Shown one piece after another: positions 44,801 through 58,900 of a stretch of 64,000 nucleotides of DNA. The notes under the pieces were generated by a model. That model was not told the DNA's origin, ran no database searches, and saw only the letters and a program-made list of their open reading frames with translations. Within the stretch, counting starts at the first letter, position 1. Each line of letters starts with the position of its first letter. The translations under genes and the position numbers were made by a program. The stretch is from Macrostomum lignano (lineage: Eukaryota). The stretch lies in assembly GCA_002269645.1 (NCBI GenBank), contig NIVC01000186.1, positions 496,001-560,000 on the forward strand, read 5' to 3'.

Positions 44801-47800
44801 GAATACCTGAACAGGCCGCGAAGGAAGCCGCGGCTCTTGGCCTGGTCTCCGCTAGCGGAGGCCTGCTGCTGCTGAGGCAGCCGGCCACGCCACCAGTGTC
44901 CGCCTCCGCCGCCTCGGCCGCCGTTTCCGCCGCTCCCTGTGCCAGTCGTTCTCGGCGTCGTAGGCGAATTAGACGAAGTCATAGCGGCGGCAGAGGCGAT
45001 GGCGGAGCTGCCAGCGGGCAGGGTGGCGCTCTCGTAGGCGTCAGCAGGTGCGCCGCCGACGACGCTGGAAGCTGGCGACGAAGCCTGACTGCGGCTGGCC
45101 ACACTCTGCGGCCTTCGCCTCGGCGGCAGCAGCGGCACTGAGTCTGTGCTCACCGCCCTGCGCAGAGTGTTGCTCTGCTGCTGCTGCTGCTGGTCTGTTT
45201 TTCGAGTTTGTCGAATCACTGGCGTGTGACCGGAATTGGGGGCTCGGCCTACAAATGGGAGAAGCATTGCTTGCTTGGGTTTGTTAGTAAGAAATACTTT
45301 TTCTAGCCACCTGTCTGTCTAACAGGTGTTCAGTGACCAGTGACAACAGGTGAGACTCCCACCTGTTCTAGCTACCTGTGAGTCTGTCTATCAGGTGTCC
45401 AGTCTGTCTAACCTATCTGTCTAACAGGTATTCAGTGACCAGTGACAACAGGTGAGACTCCCACCTGTTCTAGCTACCTGTGAGTCTGTCTATCAGGTGT
45501 CCAGTCTGTCTAACCTATCCGTCTAACAGGTATTCAGTGACCAGTGCCAACAGGTGAGACTCCTACCTGTTCTAGCTACCTGTCTGTCTAACAGGTGTTC
45601 AGTGACCAGTGACAACAGGTGATACTACTACCTGTTCTAGCTACCTGTCTGTCTAGCTGATGTCCGACCAGTGCCAACAGGTGAGACTCCCACCTGTTCT
45701 AGCTACCTGTGAGTCTGTCTATCAGGTGTTCAGTCTGTCTAACCTATCTGTCTAACAGGTATTCAGTGACCAGTGACAACAGGTGAGACTCCTACCTGTT
45801 CTAACTACGGTTCTGTCTATTAATAAATAAACTGCAGTATGGCCTTGAAAGCTATTTTTAGCTTAGGAACATGACAGAATCTTCCTATGTGTCGGGAATT
45901 GGCTAGATTAACAACACACAAGAGCTCTTAGAGTCCCAAAAGCTACTATTATTTCGGATAAGCTCAGCGGGGGCGCACACCACACTCGGGCATTCGGTCT
46001 GGCAGGGCGCAATAAAACTGATTGGTAGTTATTATAATATAATTTCAATAATCATTGGCACAGTCATAACCGCGCATGGCTTAGAAAGTGATGAAGAGGA
46101 TAGAAACTGTGAAGTTATTAGATGCTGTCTGGGATGAGAGGAAGTTTGTGGTGGTGGCGAGGGATATCTGAGAGCTCTGAGAGAATTAATTTCCCATTTG
46201 CCGGGTAAAGCGCAAATCAAAGAGATGAACTCAGTAGCTCGTTGAAAAATAGGAGAAAATTGAGATGAGATGAGATGACATGGGGTTAGATAAAAAGAGA
46301 AAAAGTACTACGAGAAAAGGTACAAGACGAGACGATATCCGATATCAGATATATGATATGCGGTAAGATATATAGTGGAATGGGCGACCCTCACATCCCC
46401 GCTGTGTTTACGAACCACGCTGCAGCAATAGGAGATAAAATGTATAGCTAGATTAGATGGGATGAAATACGAGACTAGATTAGATGGGGTGAAATACGAG
46501 ACTAAATTAGATGGGATGAGATACGAGATTAGATTAGAAGGTACGAGCCGTATGAGATACGAGATTAGATTAGATTAGATGAGAAGAGATACACGAGATA
46601 CAAGAAAAGACTAGATGGTATGAGATACGAGATTAGATTAGATAAGTTGAGATATGAGATTAGATTAGATTGGATAAGATAAGAGACTAGACTAGATGGT
46701 ATAAGATACGAGACTAGACTGGATGGTATAAGATACGAGACTAGACTAGATGGTATGAGATACGAGACTAGACTAGATGGTATGAGATACAAGACTAGAC
46801 TAGATGGTATAAGATACGAGACTAGACTGGATGGTATAAGATACGAGACTAGACTAGATGGTATAAGATACGAGACTAGACTGGATGGTATAAGATACGA
46901 GACTAGACTAGATGGTATGAGATACGAGACTAGACTAGATGGTATAAGATACGAGACTAGACTGGATGGTATAAGATACGAGACTAAACTGGATGGTATA
47001 AGATACGAGACTAGACTAGATGGTATAAGATACGAGACTAGACTGGATGGTATAAGATACGAGACTAGACTAGATGGTATAAGATACGAGACTAGACTAG
47101 ATGGTATAAGATACGAGACTAGACTGGATGGTATAAGATACGAGACTAGACTAGATGGTATAAGATACGAGACTAGACTGGATGGTATAAGATACGAGAC
47201 TAGACTAGATGGTATAAGATACGAGATTAGACTAGATGGTATAAGATACGAGACTAGATTAGATGGTATGAGATACGAGATTAGATTAGATAAGTTGAGA
47301 TATGAGATTAGATTAAATGGGATGAGATGTGAGACTAGATTAGGTGGTATGATATGAGATACACGGCTAGATTAGATAAGTTGAGATATGAGATTAGATT
47401 AGATAGGATGAGATACGAGACTAGATTAGATGGTATGAGATACGAGATTAGATTAGATAAGTTGAGATATGAGATTAGATTAAATGGGATGAGATGCGAG
47501 ACTAGATTAGATGATATAAGATACGAGACTAGACTGGATGGTATAAGATACGAGACTAGACTAGATGGTATAAGATACGAGACTAGACTAGATGGTATAA
47601 GATACGAGACTAGACTAGATGGTATAAGATACGAGATTAGACTAGATGGTATAAGATACGAGACTAGATTAGATGGTATGAGATACGAGATTAGATTAGA
47701 TAAGTTGAGAAATGAGATTAGATTAGATTGGATAAGATACGAGACTAGACTAGATGATATAAGATACGAGACTAGACTGGATGGTATAAGATACGAGACT

Positions 47801-50800
47801 AGACTAGATGGTATAAGATACGAGACTAGACTAGATGGTATAAGATACGAGACTAGACTAGATGGTATAAGATACGAGACTAGACTGGATGGTATAAGAT
47901 ACGAGACTAGACTAGATTGTATAAGATACGAGACTAGACTAGATGGTATAAGATACGAGACTAGACTAGATGGTATAAGATACGAGACTAGACTAGATGG
48001 TATAAGATACGAGACTAGACTAGATGGTATAAGATACGAGACTAGACTAGATGGTATAAGATACGAGACTAGACTAGATGATATAAGATACGAGACTAGA
48101 CTAGATGGTATAAGATACGAGACTAGATTAGATGGTATAAGATACGAGACTAGACTAGATGGTATAAGATACGAGACTAGACTAGATGGTATAAGATACG
48201 AGACTAGATTAGATGGTATAAGATACGAGATTAGATTAGATAAGTTGAGATACGAGACTAGACTAGATGGGATGAAATACGAGGCTGGATTAGATGGGAT
48301 GAGATGATTTACGAGATTAGATTAGATGGTATGGGATATGAGATTAGATTAGGTAGGATGAGATACGAGACTAGATCAGATAGGATAAGATAAGGGATGA
48401 GATTAGATTAGATGTTATGAGATACGAGATTAGATGAGATTAGATATGTGGTGATACAGAGACAAGATCATCAAGAGAGATTAAGTGACAGGTCCAGCTC
48501 ATGCAAACGGAGTCGCCAAAAGATCAGCCATCCTCACCGCTCAGGTCGTTCATCGACTTCTTGAGCTGCAGCTCCTGATAGAAGGTCAGCTGCCTGGGGT
48601 CAACGAAGCCGCCGCAGGCTCCGGTTTTTTTCTCGCTCATTGACCGGCGGCCGAGGCTGTCGCGGACGAACGGAGACGGACCGAACTCCGAGTCTCTGAG
48701 AGGTAGGTTAGTTATATGAGCAATACGAATGTACGGGGACAACAGACTTTAATTAATAATTGGTTGGTAGGGGAAAATAAACAGTAAAAGATGAGAAAGA
48801 AATTCAGACAGATGGTAACGACAGGAAGAGAAAGAGATGCAGAGAGGTAGGGAGAGAGACGCAGAGAGATAGGGAGAGAGACGCAGAGAGGTAGAGAGAG
48901 AGACGCAGAGAGGTAGGGAGAGAGACGCAGAGAGGTAGGGAGAGAGACGCAGAGAGGTAGGGAGAGAGACGCAGAGAGGTAGGGAGAGAGACGCAGAGAG
49001 GTAGAGAGAGACGCACAGAGGTAGGGAGAGAGACGCAGAGAGGTAGGGAGAGAGATGCAGAGAGGTAGAGAGAGAGACGCAGAGAGGTAGGGAGAGAGAC
49101 GCAGAGAGGTAGGGAGAGAGATGGCAGGGAGGGAGACGGCAGGGAGGGAGATGGCAGGGAGGGAGATGGCAGGGAGGGAGATGGCAGGGAGGGAGATGGC
49201 AGGGAGGGAGACGGCAGGGAGGAAGATGGCAGGGAGGGAGACGGCAGGAAGGGAGATGGCAGGGAGGGAGATGGCAGGGAGGGAGATGGCAGGGAGGGAG
49301 ATGGCAGGGAGGGAGATGGCAGGGAGGGAGATGGCAGGGAGGGAGATGGCAGGGAGGGAGATGGCAGGGAGGGAGATGGCAGGGAGGGAGATGGCAGGGA
49401 GGGAGATGGCAGGGAGGGAGATGGCAGATAGGGAGATGGCAGGGAGGGAGATGGCAGGGCAGTAAGCAGGGCAGAATGCGAGACGCTGGGCAGTAGGAAG
49501 AAGACAGAATGCAGATGGCTAAAGGCAGTCGGGAAGCCGCGTACAGGTGCTTAACAGCTATGCAACTGACAGGTGTGCGTGTTGGGACTAATTAAGCAAG
49601 ATGTCTCAGCTAGCTGTCGCAATAGGCACTGCTGCTTCTCAAAAATTTAAAGCAGAGATTAAAGCGGGATGAAAGCATTTCCATGCGGGAATCCCATGCG
49701 GGATGAGTCTCTTACAATGCAGTGATTCGTTCCGACAGCAGATTGTCAACTGAAGCCGATTGAAACCGGCTGGCTGATGACAGGCCGCCGGCGCCGACGC
49801 CGCGGCCAAGGACGCGGTGAGCGACGCCGCTGGCGGAAGCGGCGAAGCTGGGACTTAAGAATCGATCAAATAGCTTCTGCTTCTGTGCAGGCTGAGGCGG
49901 CTGCGGTGAAAGGCGGAAAGGAAAAGGCATCAAGCACTGTGGCAAGCACTGTGACAAGCACTGTGACAAGCACTGTGACAAGCACTGTGACAAGCACTGT
50001 GACAAGCACTGTGACAAGCACTGTGACAAGCACTGTGACAAGCACTGTGACAAGCACTGTGACAAGCACTGTGACAAGCACTGTGACAAGCACTGTGACA
50101 AGCACTGTGACAAGCACTGTGACAAGCACTGTGACAAGCACTGTGACAAGCACTGTGACAAGCACTGTGACAAGCACTGTGACAAGCACTGTGACAAGCA
50201 CTGTGACAAGCACTGTGACAAGCACTGTGACAAGCACTGTGACAAGCACTGTGACAAGCACTGTGACAAGCACTGTGACAAGCACTGTGACAAGCACTGT
50301 GACAAGCACTGTGACAAGCACTGTGACAAGCACTGTGACAAGCACTGTGACAAGCACTGTGACAAGCACTGTGACAAGCACTGTGACAAGCACTGTGACA
50401 AGCACTGTGACAAGCACTGTGACAAGCACTGTGACAAGCACTGTGACAAGCACTGTGACAAGCACTGTGACAAGCACTGTGACAAGCACTGTGACAAGCA
50501 CTGTGACAAGCACTGTGACAGACGATGTGACAGGCAATATGACAAGAACTGTGGCAGGCACTGTGACAGACACAAAACGAACAATGTAACAGGCACGAAA
50601 AAAGCACTGTGACAGAAAAACAGAAAGCACTGTGAAAGACACGCAGCAAGCAACGTGATACACCAAGCACAGTGACACAGCAAGCACAGTGACACAGCAA
50701 GCACAGTGACACAGCAAGCACAGTGTGACACAGCAAGCACAGTGACACAGCAAGCACAGTGACACAGCAAGCACAGTGACACAGCAAGCACAGTGACACA

Positions 50801-53800
50801 GCAAGCACAGTGTGACACAGCAAGCACAGTGACACAGCAAGCACAGTGACACAGCAAGCACAGTGTGACACAGCAAGCACAGTGACACAGCAAGCACAGT
50901 GACACAGCAAGCACAGTGACACAGCAAGCACAGTGACACAGCAAGCACAGTGTGACACAGCAAGCACAGTGACACAGCAAGCACAGTGACACAGCAAGCA
51001 CAGTGACACAGCAAGCACAGTGTGACACAGCAAGCACAGTGACACAGCAAGCACAGTGACACAGCAAGCACAGTGACACAGCAAGCACAGTGACACAGCA
51101 AGCACAGTGACACAGCAAGCACAGTGTGACACAGCAAGCACAGTGACACAGCAAGCACAGTGACACAGCAAGCACAGTGTGACACAGCAAGCACAGTGTG
51201 ACACAGCAAGCACAGTGACACAGCAAGCACAGTGACACAGCAAGCACTCACCGCCCCAAAGGTGGCACCAATATCTGCATAAACAGACGAAGGCAGAGGT
51301 TGCAGCTGCGGCGGCGGAGGCGTCGGTGGAGTCTCGTGCACGTCGGCGCTGACCGTGACGCTGCCGGAGCTGCCGACGCTGCCAACGGCCATTGTGTAAG
51401 CCGGCGGAGCCGCGGCAACGGCAGCCGCGCCCGCCGCAGAAGCCGCAGAAGACGCCGCCGCAGTCCAAGGCCGAACTATTCGACCTTGACAACGCCTGGC
51501 AACTAAAAGGCGGACTCGACCAGAAGAGGAAGCGGAAGCTGAGGAAGAACCGGAAGTGCTGGCGTTGTTAGAAGCGGAAACGGAAGATGAGGAGGCAGCT
51601 GCCGCGTGGACAGCCCTGCGCAGGACAGACATGGCGGCCGGACTGCCTAAGCCGGACAAAGAAGTGCCGTTCACGGACAGCAGCTGATCGCCTTCTCGAA
51701 GTCGGCCGTCCTGTCAATTATTATTATAAATGTCAGACATGTCAGTCGTTTTTATGTATAGATGTCAAAATCTACTCGGGGATGTCAAGGTCTACTCAGA
51801 GATGTCAGAGTCTACTCAGGGATGCCAGAGTCTACTCAGGGATGCCAGAGTCTACTCAGCGATGTCAGAGTCTACTCAGGGATGCCAGAGTCTACTCAGG
51901 CAAGCCAGAGTCTACTCAGGGATGCCAGAGTCTACTCAGGCAAGCCAGAGTCTACTCAGGGATGCCAGAGTCTACTCAGGGTAGCCAGAGTCTACTCAGG
52001 GATGTCAGAGTCTACTCGGAGATGTCAGAGTCTACTCAGAGAAGTCAGAGTCTACTCGAGGATGTCAGAGTCTACTCAGGGTAGCCAGAGTCTACTCAGG
52101 GATGTCAGAGTCTACTCGGGGATGTCAGAGTCTACTCAGAGATGTCAGAGTCCACTCGGGGATGTCAAAGTCTACTCAGGGATGTCAGAGTCTACTAGAG
52201 GATGTCAGAGTCTACTCAGAGATGTCAGAGTCTACTCGGAGATGTCAGAGTCTACTCGGAGATGTCAGAGTCTACTCAGGGATGCCAGAGTCTACTCAGG
52301 GTAGCCAGAGTCTACTCAGGGATGTCAGAGTCTACTCGGGGATGTCAAAGTCTACTCAGAGATGTCAGAGTCTACTCGGGGATGCCAGAGTCTACTCAGA
52401 GATGTCAGAGTCTACTCGAGGATGTCAGAGTCTACTCAGAGATGTCAGAGTCTACTCGAGGATGTCAGAGTCTACTCAGAGATGTCAGAGTCTACTCGGG
52501 GATGCCAGAGTCTACTCAGGGATGTCAGAGTCTACTCAGACATGTCAGAGTCTACTCAGGGATGCCAGAGTCTACTCAGGGATGTCAGAGTCTACTCAGA
52601 CATGTCAGAGTCTACTCAGGGATGCTAGAGTCTACTCAGAGATGTCAGAGTAAAAAAACAAAAGCAACAACTGCTCACCAAATCAGCGGCTCCGCCTTGG
52701 ATAACAGTTTTGATGAAGACGCCGGTCTCGGCCCCGGAGACTGGCCGGCACTTGACGCTGACGCCCAGACCGGCGCCAGCGCCGGCGCCAGCAGCGGTGG
52801 CTTGCTGACCGAGGACAATGTCCATGGCGTACACCAGCTGCTGCGGCCCCTCAGAACCGCTGGTCTGATTGGATGCCTGAGAGAATTTTGGGTCAGACTG
52901 TGACTAGACTGATTACAGACTGGGTCAGGATGTGACTAGACTGATTACAGACTGGGTCAGGCTGTGACTAGACTGATTACAGACTGGGTCAGGATGTGAC
53001 TAGACTGATTACAGACTGGGTCAGACTGTGACTAGACTGATTACAGACTGGGTCAGGATGTGACTAGACTGATTACAGACTGGGTCAGACTGTGACTAGA
53101 CTGATTACAGACTGGGTCAGGATGTGACTAGACTGATTACAGACTGGGTCAGACTGTGACTAGACTGATTACAGACTGGGTCAGGATGTGACTAGACTGA
53201 TTACAGACTGGGTCAGGATGTGGTTAGACTGATTACAGACTGGGTCAGACTGTGACTAGACTGATTACAGACTGGGTCAGACTGTGACTAGACTGATTAC
53301 AGACTGGGTCAGGCTGTGACTAGACTGATTACAGACTGGGTCAGGCTGTGACTAGACTGATTACAGACTGGGTCAGGCTGTGACTAGACTGATTACAGAC
53401 TGGGTCAGGCTGTGACTAGACTGATTACAGACTGGGTCAGGATGTGACTAGGCTGATTACAGACTGGGTCAGGCTGTGACTAGACTGATTACAGATTGGG
53501 TCAGGCTGTGACTAGACTGATTACAGACTGGGTCAGGCTGTGACTAGACTGATTACAGACTGGGTCAGGCTGTGACTAGACTGATTACAGACTGGGTCAG
53601 GCTGTGACTAGACTGATTACAGACTGAGTCAGGCTGTGACTAGACTGATTACAGACTGGGTCAGGCTGTGACTAGACTGATTACAGACTGGGTCAGGATG
53701 TGGTTAGACTGATTACAGACTGGGTCAGACTGTGACTAGACTGATTACAGACTGGGTCAGACTGTGACTAGACTGATTACAGACTGGGTCAGGCTGTGAC

Positions 53801-55707
53801 TAGACTGATTACAGACTGGGTCAGGCTGTGACTAGACTGATTACAGACTGGGTCAGGCTGTGACTAGACTGATTACAGACTGGGTCAGGCTGTGACTAGA
53901 CTGATTACAGACTGGGTCAGGGTGTGACTAGGCTGATTACAGACTGGGTCAGGCTGTGACTAGACTGATTACAGATTGGGTCAGGCTGTGACTAGACTGA
54001 TTACAGACTGGGTCAGGCTGTGACTAGACTGATTACAGACTGGGTCAGGCTGTGACTAGACTGATTACAGACTGGGTCAGGCTGTGACTAGACTGATTAC
54101 AGACTGAGTCAGGCTGTGACTAGACTGATTACAGACTGGGTCAGGCTGTGACTAGACTGATTACAGACTGGGTCAGGCTGTGACTAGACTGATTACAGAC
54201 TGGGTCAGGCTGTGACTAGACTGATTACAGACTGGGTCAGGCTGTGACTAGACTGATTACAGACTGGGTCAGACTGTGACTAGACTGATTACAGACTGGG
54301 CCAGGCTGTGACTAGACTGATTACAGACTGGGTCAGGCTGTGACTAGACTGATTACAGACTGGGTCAGGATGTGACTAGACTGATTACAGAATGGGTCAG
54401 GATGTGGTTAGACTGATTACAGACTGGGTCAGGATGTGGTTAGGCTGATTACAGACTGGGTCAGGCTGTGACTAGACTGATTACAGACTGGGTCAGGCTG
54501 TGACTAGACTGATGACAGACTGGGTCAGGCTGTGACTAGACTGATTACAGACTGGGTCAGGCTGTGACTAGACTGATTACAGACTGGGTCAGGCTGTGAC
54601 TAGACTGATTACAGACTGGGTCAGGCTGTGACTAGACTGATTACAGAATGGGTCAGGATGTGGTTAGACTGATTACAGACTGGGTCAGGATGTGGTTAGG
54701 CTGATTACAGACTGGGTCAGGCTGTGACTAGACTGATTACAGACTGGGTCAGGCTGTGACTAGACTGATTACAGACTGGGTCAGACTGTGACTAGACTGA
54801 TTACAGACTGGGCCAGGCTGTGACTAGACTGATTACAGACTGGGTCAGGCTGTGACTAGACTGATTACAGACTGGGTCAGGATGTGACTAGACTGATTAC
54901 ATAATGGGTCAGGATGTGGTTAGACTGATTACAGACTGGGTCAGGATGTGGTTAGGCTGATTACAGACTGGGTCAGGCTGTGACTAGACTGATTACAGAC
55001 TGGGTCAGGCTGTGACTAGACTGATTACAGACTGGGTCAGGCTGTGACTAGACTGATTACAGACTGGGTCAGGCTGTGACTAGACTGATTACAGACTGGG
55101 TCAGGCTGTGACTAGACTGATGACAGATTGGGTTAGAACTCTTAGCTACACCCATTGCTAAGCATGGCAGACTACAAAGTACTGTACCATTTACCATAAA
55201 GATGATCCCGGAAGTAACATTCTGTTACTGTTGCGGCACCCGCCAGCACATCGGCACCCAAGCACTTGCGCGCCCTTGCCCGGCCTCTTCAACGCTTCCT
55301 CATAATTCTTTGGCATAAAAGAACGTCTGTCTGTACTATACTGCATCCTATTAAGATTTAGAAGTAGAGAAGAAGAGTGCCCGGGCGGAAAGCTGGGCTG
55401 GAGCTTGGAGACGAGGGGTCAACAATATGTAGTTGGCTCAGTTATTTAGCATTACGGTGGCTCCCGCCCGCCGGGAAAGTGAAAAGCATGAGGTCTGCAG
55501 AAAAATTAAGGATAGAAAAATTATTCAAGAGGAACCTGGAGCTACGAGAGCTAAGCAGTGCGGGCGGGCACAAATCAGATGGAACCGGCCACCCCGCCCC
55601 AGACTGTCCTCCCGCTCTCCCCAGTAGAGGGATGAAGTCCGACAGAGAGTCACAGACTGAGGCGGGCAAACACTCACTAACTGTGACAGTCAGTCAGACA
55701 GACAGGC

Positions 55708-55743
<36 letters not shown>

Positions 55744-55746
55744 CTA

Positions 55747-55780
<34 letters not shown>

Positions 55781-55952
55781 AATGCAAGGCAGACAGAATG
55801 CAAGACAGACAGACAGACAGAATGCAAGGCAGACATTAGTTAAAAGGCACACAGAGCAGCAAAAACAGATAGACGGGAGAGGCAGAGTTGACCAGCCGTT
55901 GCTCACATCTATCACTCTATGCATAATGAGGGGCTAATGAAGCGAGTTGCGA

Positions 55953-55996
<44 letters not shown>

Positions 55997-58900
55997 ATTT
56001 CATCCCACGCCCTTCCCTCATCGCAGTCCCCAATTCTGCCACAGCCTCGCACACTTCGCCTCTCTGTCTCAAATTATCCGATAGTAAGATTTAGCACAAG
56101 ATTATCACGAATGAAGGCGCTAAAGAGGGCGTTGAAACGGCGGCTGGCGAACATTTCATCGTAAAAAAAATAAATATTCGCACAAGGGCTGCGGGCACCC
56201 CGGTGCAAAGGATTCGGCGACATGGTCCAGAGCAAGCCCCAAAGGAATGTGTTTGTGTGCACAAGCCCCAAAGGAATGTGTTCGTGCACGAAATCGAACC
56301 AGGGTTTGTGACGCGAGATTCAGACGCGATTATCGCAGAGCCGCTCCAGGCTGCCTCATTCAAATCTTATTCATTCAGAAGCAGTACTACTTATACACAA
56401 TAGAGACTATTGTAGCCTACAGAGTCTTGACCTGCTGACGATGCGTACATATCCACCGTGTCCTGCTGAGTGGAGCGGTCACACACGAACAGAAATTGCA
56501 TTGGTAGATTGAGGAGGCTAAAGAGGGAGGCGCTGGGCTAGGGTGCACGGCAAGGGAAAGGAAGAAGAGAGAGAGTCTGTGTGATGAGGCGTTTTATCTA
56601 GTTAAAGCCTCACAGTTTGTGAAGGCCAGATTCCAGACTAAAGAGGAGCTTATAGAGAGAGAGAGAGTGGAACAGTTCCCCCAGCAACAGTTATCGACCC
56701 TCCAAGTGAGAGGAAGAGGCAGGCAGACAGGCTCATATAGGATCGGAATGCAACTGCCGATTAGTTAGTCACACCTCGCGGAGTGCGAGGATTTGGAGTG
56801 GGGGGGGGGGTTGGGGCGAGGTGCTTTTCTCCCAAAGTTTTTTGTTGCAAAGTTTCTTTTTCTCGGCTTCTGTTTTAAAAAAACGCGCGAGCCTTTGACC
56901 AGAGGCCAGGGAGGCACAGGGGGATTAGTTAAGGAAACTGGGAGGGACAGAGCATGACCCGAGCACTGGCTAAACAATGAAAACTCAGGAAGTGCAGACG
57001 CCCAGAAACTCCTCTCAATTTCCTTTTATATTGTTTTTCCCCTAGAATAATAATACTTCAACTACTATGTAATATGATGGACATTAGTGTGTGTTTTTGA
57101 ACACAATCGACCTTGTACGCCCGATGGCAACGGGGCGGGGCCGGGCGATGCAAGAAAGGACGAATGCAGCGGCTACGAGTGCTCAGCCCAATCCCAGCCC
57201 TTTGTTGTGGCTTACTGATGAGGCTGGGATAAGACACAAGGGGTGAGAGAGAGAGGCTGCAGGAGGGCTATGATAGTTTTTTTAGATTCGAGGTCTCTGA
57301 TCTCTCTCTCTTCTCTCTCTTTTATCAGAATTTTTAACAACCGGACAACCCCGGTCGGATTATAATTAATCAGATTATAATAATTACAAAACCATTTTGC
57401 TGCAGGCTTTTCTTTGAGGTAAAGAGAAAGAGAAAATTATGATAATAATAATTATGTATTTCTTTGCCAAGTAGAATCTTAATAGGGCCGACTTTTTTAA
57501 TATCGTTTCTCCTCTTCTTTGGCTGCTACGCACGACCAGATTTACAGATGATCGGGGGGCTGAAAGATGAAAGATTAAACCCTTTGGCCTGCAGCAGAAC
57601 CGACTGCTTTGAAAGAGCAAAAGAGAAACGACTTGAAACATATTCTTTAGCAAGTTAAGATCCTGCCCTTGCCCTCTCAAGCCGCCCGCCCAGTTGCGGG
57701 TACAGAGAAGGAATTAAAGGGGGGGGGCAGAAAGTCCAATGTGGCCCCAATCCCAGTGCCCCGACTCCCCGTTGCTAGGGCGCACCCAGCCTTCCGCCTC
57801 GATTATAGGTGGGTCACCGTGGCCTACTAAACAGATCAAAGTATTTTGTTAGCCAATCACTTCTTTGAGTTGTATTTGAGTTGGGAGCTTGACTTTCAGT
57901 ACAATGCGCGGAATAATGAAGCTTGGGTATCAGCACCGCCTCTCTGTCACTGAAGCTTGGGTATCAGCACCGCCTTTCTGTCACTGAAGCTTGGGTATCA
58001 GCACCGCCTCTCTGTCACTGAAGCTTGGGTATCAGCACCGCCTCTCTGTCACTGAAGCTTGGGTATCAGCACCGCCTTTCTGTCACTGAAGCTTGGGTAT
58101 CAGCACCGCCTCTCTGTCACTGAAGCTTGGGTATCAGCACCGCCTCTCTGTCACTGAAGCTTGGGTATCAGCACCGCCTCTCTGTCACTGAAGCTTGGGT
58201 ATCAGCACCGCCTCTCTGTCACTGAAGCTTGGGTATCAGCACCGCCTCTCTGTCACTGAAGCTTGGGTATCAGCACCGCCTCTCTGTCACTGAAGCTTGG
58301 GTATCAGCACCGCCTCTCTGTCACTGAAGCTTGGGTATCAGCACCGCCTCTCTGTCACTGAAGCTTGGGTATCAGCACCGCCTCTCTGTCACTGAAGCTT
58401 GGGTATCAGCACCGCCTCTCTGTCACTGAAGCTTGGGTATCAGCACCGCCTGTCACTGAAGCTTGGGTATCAGCACCGCCTGTCACTGAAGCTTGGGTAT
58501 CAGCACCGCCTGTCACTGAAGCTTGGGTATCAGCACCGCCTCTCTGTCACTAAAGCTTGGGTATCAGCACCGCCTGTCACTGAAGCTTGGGTATCAGCAC
58601 CGCCTGTCACTGAAGCTTGGGTATCAGCACCGCCTCTCTGTCACTAAAGCTTGGGTATCAGCACCGCCTCTCTGTCACTGAAGCTTGGGTATCAGCACCG
58701 CCTCTCTGTCACTGAAGCTAGGGTATCAGCACCGCCTGTCACTGAAGCTTGGGTATCAGCACCGCCTCTCTGTCACTGAAGCTAGGGTATCAGCACCGCC
58801 TGTCACTGAAGCTTGGGTATCAGCACCGCCTGTCACTGAAGCTTGGGTATCAGCACCGCCTGTCACTGAAGCTTTGGTATCAGCACCGCCTGTCACTGAA

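Noticed and set aside
46755-48307. 200-aa and 317-aa IRYETRLDG repeat ORFs
   Set aside because: Translation of a 27-bp intronic minisatellite; no non-repeat coding context.
49712-52650. 500-600 aa ORFs with SQCL/VTVL/HSAC/STVT repeats and SESTQGCQ repeats
   Set aside because: They run through repeat-filled introns; only the par-3 exon parts are real.
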